A stretch of 64,000 bases of DNA, from positions 1,248,001 through 1,312,000 of the forward strand of contig CALSNU010000001.1 in assembly GCA_943787795.1 (NCBI GenBank). The letters are read 5' to 3'. Positions 36,539-45,383 of this stretch are shown piece by piece (position 1 is the first letter of the stretch; each line of letters starts with the position of its first letter). Source of the DNA: an uncultured bacterium (GTDB lineage Bacteria > Planctomycetota > UBA1135 > GCA-002686595). The notes under the pieces were generated by a model. The model made no database searches and had not been told where the DNA came from. It worked only from the letters and a program-made list of their open reading frames with translations. Made by a program: the position numbers and the translations under genes.

Positions 36539-38395
36539 ATGTGTGGAATTGTTGGAGCCTGCCTCGCCGGCGGGGACGTGATCCCGGGGCTAGTCGAAGG
36601 CCTCTCGGTCCTCGAGTACCGCGGTTATGACAGCGCGGGCATCGCGGCGGTGAAGGACGGTGAGCTGCGCGTGCGAAAGCGGCGTGGTCGACTGTCCAAT
36701 CTCGAGGAGGCCCTGGAGGACGGTGGACTCAGCGGGAGCCTGGCCGGGATCGGGCATACCCGGTGGGCGACCCACGGGGTCCCCAGCGACGTCAATTCAC
36801 ACCCGCACACCGGCGCCTCGGGGCGGGTCGCGGTGGTGCATAACGGGATCATCGAGAACTACGCGCTGCTGAAGCGTGAGCTCCTCGAGGGGGGCGAGTC
36901 CTTCCTGTCGGAGACCGACACGGAGGTCCTCGCGCGGCTGATCGACAGGACCTGGGCAGAGGAGGGCACGGATCAGGCCGCGCTCATGCGTGCCATGCGG
37001 CGCGCCCTCGCGAAGGTCTCCGGCTATTACGCCCTCGCTGTGCTCGCCAGCACCGACGATGGGACCTGCCTCCTGGCGATGCGGCAGGGCCCGCCGCTCG
37101 TGGTGGGCATCACGGAAGGCGGAGGGTTCCTCTCCTCCGATGTCCTCGGTCTGATCCCGCACACCCGGCAGGTGATCTACCTCGAGGACGGGGACCTTGC
37201 GCAGTTGGAGCCTGGTCGCCTCACGGTCACAGACGCGTCAGGGGCCGCCGTTGAGCGCCCCGCGCGGGAGATCGAGTGGGATCCGGCGGACTCGGGCCGC
37301 GGGGGATACCCGCACTACATGCTCAAGGAGATCCACGAGCAGCCTGACGTGATCGAGCGGACCTGCGTGGACCGGATCGACCTGGCCTCCGGCGACGTGC
37401 GCTTCGAGGGAGGCGCCTTCGACGACGCGTTCTGCAGCTCGATCGAGCGCATTCAGATCCTCGGATGCGGGACCGCGTTGCACGCCGGTCAGATCGCTCG
37501 CTACCTGATCGAGGGACTCGCGGGCCTCCCGGTGGAATTCGACTTCGCCTCGGAGTTCCGCTACCGCTCACCGCGGGTCGCGCCTGGAACCGTGGCCCTC
37601 GCGATCACCCAGTCGGGTGAGACGGCGGACACCCTCGGGGCCACCCGCCTCGCCCGGGAGTTGGGGGCGCGGGTGGCCTCCATCTGCAACGTGGCCGGGT
37701 CCTCCCAGGTCCGTGAGTCCGAGGCGACGATCCTGACCCATGCTGGGCCAGAGATCGGGGTCGCGAGCACGAAGGCCTTCACCGCGCAGCTCACGGCGGC
37801 GGTGCTCCTGGCGGTCCGGATCGCGCGTAGTCGCGGCACCATGTCCGCGGCCGAGGGCCGGGAGCTGCTCACCGAGCTCTCCGAGCTGCGGCCGAAGGTG
37901 GAGTCGCTGCTGACCCAGGAGTCCGTGGCCCGCACCCGGGACGCTGCGAGGACCCACGCGGGGGCCCGCGGGTTCCTGTTCCTGGGCCGAGGCGTGAACT
38001 TCCCGGTGGCGCTCGAGGGAGCCCTCAAGCTCAAAGAGATCGCCTACGTTCACGCCGAGGGGTACGCCGCAGGGGAGATGAAGCACGGCCCCATCGCGCT
38101 GATCGACCCCGGTATGGCGGTGCTTGTGATCAACGCCGAGGGGCAGGTGGCGGAGAAGACCCGCTCCAACATCGAGCAGGTGAAGGCGCGCGGAGGGGTG
38201 ACGGTCAGCGTCGGGTCGGATGGTGCCAGTCACGCCATCGCAGACTCCTACGTCTCGGTGCCGCGCTCCTCGGAGTGGCTCTCACCGATCCTCAACACGA
38301 TCCCGCTGCAGCTGATCTCGTACCACATCGCCGAGATCCACGGATGTGACATCGACAAGCCGAGGAACCTCGCCAAGAGCGTGACGGTCGAGTGA
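36539..38395 (+). CDS. glmS: Glutamine--fructose-6-phosphate transaminase (isomerizing)
   Basis: MCGIVG, LEYRGYDSAG, GHTRWATHG, HNGIIENY, QSGETADT, GPEIGVASTKAFT, EGALKLKEI, KPRNLAKSVTVE. Confidence 0.97.
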   Translation: MCGIVGACLAGGDVIPGLVEGLSVLEYRGYDSAGIAAVKDGELRVRKRRGRLSNLEEALEDGGLSGSLAGIGHTRWATHGVPSDVNSHPHTGASGRVAVVHNGIIENYALLKRELLEGGESFLSETDTEVLARLIDRTWAEEGTDQAALMRAMRRALAKVSGYYALAVLASTDDGTCLLAMRQGPPLVVGITEGGGFLSSDVLGLIPHTRQVIYLEDGDLAQLEPGRLTVTDASGAAVERPAREIEWDPADSGRGGYPHYMLKEIHEQPDVIERTCVDRIDLASGDVRFEGGAFDDAFCSSIERIQILGCGTALHAGQIARYLIEGLAGLPVEFDFASEFRYRSPRVAPGTVALAITQSGETADTLGATRLARELGARVASICNVAGSSQVRESEATILTHAGPEIGVASTKAFTAQLTAAVLLAVRIARSRGTMSAAEGRELLTELSELRPKVESLLTQESVARTRDAARTHAGARGFLFLGRGVNFPVALEGALKLKEIAYVHAEGYAAGEMKHGPIALIDPGMAVLVINAEGQVAEKTRSNIEQVKARGGVTVSVGSDGASHAIADSYVSVPRSSEWLSPILNTIPLQLISYHIAEIHGCDIDKPRNLAKSVTVE

Positions 38396-39090
38396 ATGTC
38401 ACGCGCCTCGGGTGAGGCCCAAGCCAGGCTCAAGCCGGAGGGCACCACGCTTGTTCCGGTGGAGGGGACACTGGGCGAATCCGGAGAGGCCTGGAGGATC
38501 CCGGGGCGGGACGCTGCCGGTCACGGTGCCGAGGTCGTCTCGTTTCTTCCCCGGCACAAGGTGCTTCAGGAGTTTGGTTTCTTCACCACAAGCCGAGTCG
38601 GTCCCGGGGGCGCGTTGGGCTTGGCGGGCAGGTGGGCCCTGCGCCTCGATCTGAGCCTGATCAACTTCGCCACGGGCGGGTCTCCCGACGTTATCGTTCC
38701 AGCCCGGCGGGAGTCCTTGACGAACTCTCCCCAAGGTCGGCCGCCCCGGCCGGCTCCGACCCCATACCGTTCGTTCTGGCGATCGCTCCCGACCCCCGCG
38801 ACTCGCACAGCCCATCGATCCTCCCGTGAAAGGCGTCCCCTCCGCAGCCAGTCCTGGATTGCAGTCCGCTCCGCGCCGTTGGCTGCGGGCGGAGTCCCGG
38901 ATGAGGGGCCCCGAGCGGGCGTCCGCCGACGAACTCTCGTTGAGCAACCGGGAGGCTGCCGAGGCCTCCTCGATGGGTGGGGGGGCCTCGATCACCTTCA
39001 AGCGCCGAGCGCTCTGGGAGGGCCTGGTCACCCCGGATCGTCTCGGTGTTGCAGGGCCGCAGCTGGTCCCGGCGCTGTCGCTGCCCCTCC

Positions 39091-39135
39091 CCGCGGTGTT
39101 CTCTTCCGCGGTGTCCTCTTCTGCGGTGTCCTCCC
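39091..39135. repeat. 15-bp tandem repeat, 3 copies
   Basis: CCGCGGTGTTCTCTT, CCGCGGTGTCCTCTT, CTGCGGTGTCCTCCC in the glmS-rfbD intergenic region. Confidence 0.75.
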
Positions 39136-39279
39136 CCGTGCTGCTCCCCCCCAAAAAAGGAAGCGGAGGCTCTCAGCCCGGTGCCGACTCATCGGGGCGG
39201 ACTCCGGGCCTCCTCGCCGGAAACGCGCTGGAACCTCAGGCCTGAGGCCTGGAGCCTCCGCGCCTCGAATCAATCGACC

Positions 39280-40209
39280 ATGGAAGACAACGGCAACAAT
39301 GAAGTCTCGTCCCCTGGTGCCGCCGCTCGGCCTCGCCGGGTGCTCGTCACAGGCGGAGCGGGGATGCTCGGGAGCCAGGTGCTCCTCGCGGTCCCGGACG
39401 ATATCGAGGCGCTGGGGACCGACATGCGTGAGGCGCCGGGGGTCGACATGCCGGGGGTCGATCTCACCGACGACGCTCAGGTCGAGGCGCTCTTCGACGA
39501 GCTCGCTCCGATCGATGGCGTGATCCACACGGCGGCCTACACCGCGGTGGATCGTGCCGAGGAGGAACCCGAGCTCGCTCAGTTGATCAACGGTGACGCC
39601 TGCGGGGTGCTCGCCCGCGCCGCCGCCAAGGCCGGAATCCCCCTGGTGCTGGTGAGCACGGATTTTGTCTTCGATGGGCAGGCCAAGGCGCCCTACTCGG
39701 AGGCCGCGCCCACGAGCCCGCGGTCCGTGTACGGTGCCACCAAGCTGGACGGTGAGGCCCAGGCGCTGGCGGCTCACCCCGAAGGTGCGAAGGTGGTCCG
39801 CACCCAGTGGCTCTACGGTCCTCGCGGGAGTCACTTTCCACACACCATGCAGCGCCTGGCCAAGGAGCGCGACCGCCTCAAGGTGGTCAGCGACCAGGTC
39901 GGGTCGCCGACGTCGACGCTGGAGCTCGCGCCTGCGCTTTGGGACGTGCTGATCTCGGGGGAGCCCGGGGTCTGGCACGCGGCCTGCGCGGGCGAGTGCT
40001 CGTGGTTCGACCTCGCGGTCGCGACCATCGAGGCCAGCGAGATCGAGGGGGTCGAGGTCGAGCCCTGCTCGACCGACGAGTTCCCCCGTCCCGCGGCCCG
40101 GCCGGCCTACAGCGCTCTCGACTGCTCCAAGCTGGAGCGGCTCCGCGGCAAACCCATGGCGCCCTGGAAGGACGCCCTGCTCACCTACCTTGGAAGCGAA
40201 GCATCATGA
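39280..40209 (+). CDS. rfbD: dTDP-4-dehydrorhamnose reductase
   Basis: VTGGAGMLG, HTAAYTAVDRAE, STDFVFDG, PY.E....P..VYG.TKL.GE, VVSDQ.GSPT, A.RPAYS.LD. Confidence 0.94.
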   Translation: MEDNGNNEVSSPGAAARPRRVLVTGGAGMLGSQVLLAVPDDIEALGTDMREAPGVDMPGVDLTDDAQVEALFDELAPIDGVIHTAAYTAVDRAEEEPELAQLINGDACGVLARAAAKAGIPLVLVSTDFVFDGQAKAPYSEAAPTSPRSVYGATKLDGEAQALAAHPEGAKVVRTQWLYGPRGSHFPHTMQRLAKERDRLKVVSDQVGSPTSTLELAPALWDVLISGEPGVWHAACAGECSWFDLAVATIEASEIEGVEVEPCSTDEFPRPAARPAYSALDCSKLERLRGKPMAPWKDALLTYLGSEAS

Positions 40210-41228
40210 CCCGTACCGTTCTCGTCACCGGCGGCGCCGGCTTCATCGGCAGTAACTTCGTCCAGATGCTCCGGGAGGATCGACCGGACTGGAGGGTGAT
40301 CAACCTCGACGCGTTGACCTACGCGGGGAACCTCGAGAACCTCACGGGGATCCAGGGTGATGCGGAGTACACCTTTGTTCACGGCGACATCACGGTCGCC
40401 GAGGACGTCGCGAAGGCCTTTGACGCGGGGGGCGAGAGCGGCGTCAGCGACGTGATCCACTTCGCGGCGGAGAGCCACGTGGATCGCTCCATCGCCAGCG
40501 GGCTCCCCTTCGTGAAGTCCAACGTGATGGGGACCCAGATCCTGCTCGACGCCGCCCGCGAGCGGAGCGTCGAGCGATTCGTCCATGTGTCCACGGACGA
40601 GGTCTATGGTTCTCTGGGGAAGACCGGCTTCTTCACCGAGGAGACGCCGCTCTCGCCGAACTCGCCCTATTCCGCCAGCAAGGCCGGGAGCGACATGCTC
40701 GTGCGGGCCGCGTTCGAGACCCACGGCTTCCCCGCCCTGATCACACGCTGCTCCAACAACTACGGCCCTTATCAGTTCCCCGAGAAGCTGATCCCGTTGA
40801 TGATCGCGAACGCCAGGGAGGACAAGAGCCTCCCGGTGTACGGCGACGGCATGCAGATCCGTGACTGGCTCTACGTCCGCGATCACTGCGAGGCCATCCT
40901 CGCCGTCCTCGAGCGGGGGACGGCCGGTGACGTCTACAACATCGGCGGGCACAACGAGTACCCCAATATCGACATCGTCCGGGCGATCCTCGGGCACCTC
41001 GACAAGCCCGAGTCATTGATCGAGTACGTCACCGACCGTCTCGGCCACGACCGCCGCTACGCGATCGATGCCCGAAAGATCGAGGAGAGGCTCGGATGGA
41101 CGCCTCGATACACCTTCGAGCAGGCGCTGCCCATGACCCTCCAGTGGTACCTGGACAACGACGCCTGGCTCCAGAATGTCCGGTCGGGGAGCTACCGGGA
41201 CTACTACGCGGCGCAGTACGGCGGTTGA
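40206..41228 (+). CDS. rfbB: dTDP-glucose 4,6-dehydratase
   Basis: VTGGAGFIGSNFV, D.LTYAGNLENL, HFAAESHVDRSI, VSTDEVYGSL, SPYSASKA, CSNNYGPYQFPEKLIP, DR.GHDRRYAID. Confidence 0.96.
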   Translation: MTRTVLVTGGAGFIGSNFVQMLREDRPDWRVINLDALTYAGNLENLTGIQGDAEYTFVHGDITVAEDVAKAFDAGGESGVSDVIHFAAESHVDRSIASGLPFVKSNVMGTQILLDAARERSVERFVHVSTDEVYGSLGKTGFFTEETPLSPNSPYSASKAGSDMLVRAAFETHGFPALITRCSNNYGPYQFPEKLIPLMIANAREDKSLPVYGDGMQIRDWLYVRDHCEAILAVLERGTAGDVYNIGGHNEYPNIDIVRAILGHLDKPESLIEYVTDRLGHDRRYAIDARKIEERLGWTPRYTFEQALPMTLQWYLDNDAWLQNVRSGSYRDYYAAQYGG

Positions 41229-41298
41229 TCCATGCGAGGGAGCCGACCGTTTCGTAGGCCGGTCGCTTCCCGCGACTATCAGGATGGGTCGGTCTGCC

Positions 41299-41314
41299 TG
41301 GCGGCTAGACTGCT
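41299..41314 (+). promoter_or_regulatory. Possible sigma-54 (-24/-12) promoter upstream of the wza-like gene
   Basis: TGGCGGCTAGACTGCT has GG-N10-GC spacing with TGGC...TGCT, about 130 nt before ATG 41444. Imperfect match to TGGCACG-N4-TTGCW. Confidence 0.3.
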
Positions 41315-41443
41315 CAGATCTCTCATCAAGAGCCGGCGAGGGGGTCCCGTTTCGGATCAACCTGGGCCCCCCCGCCGGTCGATGGACCCAAGAGAACTCC
41401 GGCTTCCCCGATCTCGGGCCTACCTCAAGGGCCTGGCTCACCG

Positions 41444-42262
41444 ATGCAATTCCTTACCCTCAGTTCGCGCCACGCGGCTTCGCCGCTGACGATTCTGATC
41501 GCGCTCGTCGCGCTTGGGTTGGCCGCCTGCAACTCGGCCCCCAGCAAGCGGACCCTCCAGTACATGAACGAGGAAGGGTTCGGGCGGAGGTACAGCGGCA
41601 ACGCGCTCGAGGAGAACTACCTGACAATCGGTGATTCTATCCAGATCGCGGACATCGCCCACCCCGAGCTCAGCCTCGGGACCACGGTGGACATCGACGG
41701 GACGATCCTCCTCCCCGAGGTGGGTCGCGTCCACGTCGCCGGTTACACGCGGTCCGACCTCGAGGCGGTCCTCGCCGAGCGCTATTCGCCGTACTACGAG
41801 ACTCCGACCGAGATCGTCGTCGACATCACGACGTCCAGCAAGGTCTTCTGGGTCCTCGGGGAGGTTCGCAACGGTGGAGAGTTCGAGTTCCTGGGGAACG
41901 AGACCGTGATCGATGCGCTGGTCGACGCCCAGCCGAACCGCGACTCAGCCAACCTCGGGCGCGTGATGCTGATCCGCGCCGACCCCCAGGACCCACTGCG
42001 TCTCCCGGTCAACTACTGGGACATCACTCGGGGAGATTCCACCACCAATTACACGCTCGAGGAGAACGACATCATCTGGGTTCCGCCCACGGTCCTCGCC
42101 GAGCTCGGGTACTTCATCCGGCAGCTCCTCTATCCCTTCACGACGGTCATCCAGGCCGTCAGTTCCGCCTTCTTCGGCAACCGAAGGGGCGGGGGCGGAG
42201 CCGGAGGGCGCAACGACCTCGGCGGTGACATCTTCAACTCCTGGGGCTTCGGGGCCTTCTGA
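41444..42262 (+). CDS. Polysaccharide export lipoprotein (Wza/OPX family)
   Basis: Lipobox LAAC. Y.L.IGD.I.I, V..DG.I.LP.VG.V..AG.T, V.GEV..GG, SLBB-like segment, C-terminal amphipathic helix. Confidence 0.85.
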   Translation: MQFLTLSSRHAASPLTILIALVALGLAACNSAPSKRTLQYMNEEGFGRRYSGNALEENYLTIGDSIQIADIAHPELSLGTTVDIDGTILLPEVGRVHVAGYTRSDLEAVLAERYSPYYETPTEIVVDITTSSKVFWVLGEVRNGGEFEFLGNETVIDALVDAQPNRDSANLGRVMLIRADPQDPLRLPVNYWDITRGDSTTNYTLEENDIIWVPPTVLAELGYFIRQLLYPFTTVIQAVSSAFFGNRRGGGGAGGRNDLGGDIFNSWGFGAF

Positions 42263-42265
42263 GCG

Positions 42266-43903
42266 ATGGCGATTGAAGTCGAGGCCGCGGGGCAGATTGA
42301 TGAGTTCATTCGGGTCCTCAAGCGCAGGGTCTGGTGGATCCTGGTTCCCCTCTCCGTGATCGGTTCGCTCGGTGTTTTCTATGCCGTGGTCGTACCCAAG
42401 AAGTACGTCTCGAAGTGCGAGATCATGGTTCGCAACCTGAGCGAGCAGTCGGGGGAGTTTGGGCAGAACGCCGCTGCCATCGAGGGGCAGGTGGCCGCCT
42501 GGAATATCCGCTCCCACGCTCGCATCGACTCTGTCTTGACTCTCCTCAAATGGCCGGAGTACACACCGCTGAACAACGCCGAGAAGCACGCGTTCCGCGT
42601 GAATACGGTGCTCAAGGACCTGACCGTGGACCTGCCGCCGATGCCGAGGAATTCCGGGCGGCAAGCGGTGAAGCTGTCCTTCAAGAACACCTACCCCGAG
42701 CGTGCGGTGAGCTTCCTTGAGAACCTCAAGACCAGCTGGACCAAGGAGGTGCTCAATCGGCACCTGAATGAGCAGAACCTGGAGCTCAACGAGACGGACG
42801 ATCGTCTGAGGGATCTGAATGGCGAGCTGCGTGAGCTCCGCGAGACGATCACGAACATTCGAACCGAGAACTCGATTCCGCCGTCGGTGATGACGCTGCA
42901 GGGCGAGGTCGAGCGGCGCCCGCGGGCGTACGACGAGCGTGACGCCACCGAGTCGCGGATCCAGGAGCTCGCCGAGGGGATCCGGACCGCGGAAGATACA
43001 TTCAAGCTGAAGTCTGCAGAGCGCGACAGCTTGCCGCCTGAGGACGCGGTCGCGTACGTAGACAACGATCCGCTGACGATCAAGGTCAACGCTCTAGATG
43101 AGCGGATCAGCCGCGCCGAGTTGGAGGTCGAGAACAAGGGCTGGGCGCCAGGGCACAGCGAGCGGCGTAACGCTGAGCGCTTGATCCAGCAGCTCAAGTT
43201 GGAGCGGGACCGGGCGCGCATGGATCGCGACGACAACCGATCCAACAGGCAGGTGGTACGACCCAACTCAAGGCGAGTCCAACTCTCAGCGGAGCTCAGG
43301 GCGCTGGAGGTGAAGATGAACCTGGACACTCGGCGGAAGGAGGAGCTTGAGATTCGGCTCTCCGAGTTGATCCAGCAAACAGAGCGACTGAACGACGCCT
43401 TCAAGCAACTCGATGAGCTGACCGACAACCTCAGCGTTGCTCAGACAGCGAAGCAGGCCCTGTCTGCACGGGTCGAGACCCTGCGGGTTGAGGTGCGGAC
43501 GATGGAGAGTGAGCAAGGGAACCCCTTTGAGGTGCTGCTCGCTCCGACGCTCCCGACACGACCGACCTCGCCGAACCCCTGGGCCATCGCCATCGGCTCG
43601 ATCCTGTTTGGGCTTGGCCTTGGCTTCGGGCTCGCCATCCTTCTCGAGTACAGCAAGAACTGCTTCCGCTCACCGCGCGAGCTGTCGAGGGTCATGCCGC
43701 ATCCCGTCCTCGGGACGATCAACGCCATTCGGACCCGGCGTGAGCGAGCCCGCGCATTCCTGACCCGCGCCGCGCTGGGCGGAGGGTCGCTCGCCTTCGT
43801 CGGGGTTGTGACGTTCGTGACCTGGGCCTGGGCATCGGATCAGCAGGCTTTGAACGGCGAGGTGGTGCGGGCGATCGACGCCTTCCGGCGGCTGCTGATG
43901 TGA
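42266..43903 (+). CDS. Polysaccharide co-polymerase / chain-length determinant (Wzc/GumC-like, no kinase domain)
   Basis: N-terminal TM after LKRRVWWI, long coiled coil, P.LP..P.SPN + TM, FRSPREL....PVLG.I. No Walker A motif. Confidence 0.85.
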   Translation: MAIEVEAAGQIDEFIRVLKRRVWWILVPLSVIGSLGVFYAVVVPKKYVSKCEIMVRNLSEQSGEFGQNAAAIEGQVAAWNIRSHARIDSVLTLLKWPEYTPLNNAEKHAFRVNTVLKDLTVDLPPMPRNSGRQAVKLSFKNTYPERAVSFLENLKTSWTKEVLNRHLNEQNLELNETDDRLRDLNGELRELRETITNIRTENSIPPSVMTLQGEVERRPRAYDERDATESRIQELAEGIRTAEDTFKLKSAERDSLPPEDAVAYVDNDPLTIKVNALDERISRAELEVENKGWAPGHSERRNAERLIQQLKLERDRARMDRDDNRSNRQVVRPNSRRVQLSAELRALEVKMNLDTRRKEELEIRLSELIQQTERLNDAFKQLDELTDNLSVAQTAKQALSARVETLRVEVRTMESEQGNPFEVLLAPTLPTRPTSPNPWAIAIGSILFGLGLGFGLAILLEYSKNCFRSPRELSRVMPHPVLGTINAIRTRRERARAFLTRAALGGGSLAFVGVVTFVTWAWASDQQALNGEVVRAIDAFRRLLM

Positions 43904-43953
43904 TGCAGTTGGACGCGCAGCGTTTCTTCGTGGGGAGGGGGGTCTAGAGCGCT

Positions 43954-45369
43954 ATGCGCGATCTCATCGTCGCTCTCTTTGGCCTGGGTGCGATTCCCGT
44001 GGCATTCACGCGGCCCATGGCGGGCCTGTTGGCGTTCTCAATCTTCGCCTATATGCGCCTCCAGGACCTGGCCTGGGGCTTCGCGAAGGGGCAGCGGTGG
44101 TCGTTGTATCTCGCGATTGCGATGGTCGCCGGTTGGTTCTTCCAGCGGAATCGGAAGCAGCCCATCTGGAATCTCCGGACCGGCCTGATGGTGTTCATGC
44201 TGGCCTGGACCTTCATCTCGCTCTTCATCGCCGTCGGCTTCGAGGCCTTCTCGACGAACTTCTTCGTCAACTTCGTCAAGGTTGTCTTCGTCGCAGTATT
44301 CACCACGGCGTTGGTCCAGCGACGTGAGCACCTGCGGGTGTTGTTGTGGGTGATCAGCATGTCCTTCGCCTTCTATGGAGTGAAGAGCGGGGCCCAGGCC
44401 ATCGTGACCGGCGGGTCGCCAATCCTGACCGGGCCGGGGGGCATGATGAAGGACAACAACGACTTCGCGCTCGCGCTTGCGATGGCGGTCCCTCTCATCG
44501 TCGGGCTGGCCACTTCGGAGGTGAATAACTACTACCGGCGTTGGCTCAAGATCTTCGTTCCCCTCACCTACCTGACCATCTTTGCGACGCGCTCAAGGGG
44601 AGGGTTCCTCTCGATCATGCTCGGCACGATCGTGCTCGTCTGGAGGTCCAAGAATCGCTTCGCCGGCTTCGCGACCTTCGGCGCGTTCGCCCTCTTGGGG
44701 GTCCTCGCTCTCCCTTCCAGCATGTTCGAGCGGCTCGATACGCTCCGGAACGTGGAGGCGGACGGCTCAGCCAACGGACGGCTCAAGGCGTGGCGAATCG
44801 CCGGGGAGATCATCCAGGACTACCCGGTGTTCGGCGTCGGCACCGAGCAGTTTCGCGAGCACTACCTCGACTATGGCGACCGAGCGGGGACCCGCGATGG
44901 CACGAGGGTGGTGCACAACGCTTACCTTCAGATCTGGTCCGAGTCCGGGACGCCAGTCTTCCTGGCCTACATGGCGCTGCTGGTGTCTTCCGTGCTCGCC
45001 GTCCAACGGTTGCGGCGACGGGCAGAGAGGGTGTACGAGCGGAGTTGGATCATCTCCTACTGCACGGCTCTGGAGGGGGCCTTGCTAACGTTCATGCTGG
45101 GGAGCGTCTTCCTCAATCGAGCACACTTTGACCTGACCTACCACCTCGTCGCGATGACGGTCGTCTTGGACCGCATCGCATCGGCTGAGCTTGACGCTCC
45201 CCGGCTCGCCGAGCGCGCGACGCCCGAGCGTGGAGGAGCCTTCCGGCGACAGGAGCAGTTCGGCTTCGGTCGAAGTCCCAGCGCTCGTCGTAGCTTCAGG
45301 AGCTCGCGGAGCGCGCCGACACAACTCGGTGGCGGCGCGGGCTTCGCTTCGCCCATGGAGTCGCCCTAG
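43954..45369 (+). CDS. O-antigen ligase/Wzy_C-family protein (putative O-glycosylation ligase, exosortase-A-associated type)
   Basis: MRD start, many TMs, GPGG...DNNDFALAL, T.SRGGFL, S..GRL.AW, P..GVG, HN.YLQI..E.G. Confidence 0.85.
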   Translation: MRDLIVALFGLGAIPVAFTRPMAGLLAFSIFAYMRLQDLAWGFAKGQRWSLYLAIAMVAGWFFQRNRKQPIWNLRTGLMVFMLAWTFISLFIAVGFEAFSTNFFVNFVKVVFVAVFTTALVQRREHLRVLLWVISMSFAFYGVKSGAQAIVTGGSPILTGPGGMMKDNNDFALALAMAVPLIVGLATSEVNNYYRRWLKIFVPLTYLTIFATRSRGGFLSIMLGTIVLVWRSKNRFAGFATFGAFALLGVLALPSSMFERLDTLRNVEADGSANGRLKAWRIAGEIIQDYPVFGVGTEQFREHYLDYGDRAGTRDGTRVVHNAYLQIWSESGTPVFLAYMALLVSSVLAVQRLRRRAERVYERSWIISYCTALEGALLTFMLGSVFLNRAHFDLTYHLVAMTVVLDRIASAELDAPRLAERATPERGGAFRRQEQFGFGRSPSARRSFRSSRSAPTQLGGGAGFASPMESP

Positions 45370-45383
45370 GCGAACAAGACGGC

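Noticed and set aside
38396..38460. Tn7-like insertion at the glmS att site
   Set aside because: No recognisable Tn7 end with repeated TnsB sites and no tns genes downstream.
39140..39220. SRP RNA- or RNase P-like words (AAGGAAGCGG; GAGGAGGCCCGG on the minus strand)
   Set aside because: Only partial word matches; I could not build the required surrounding structure.
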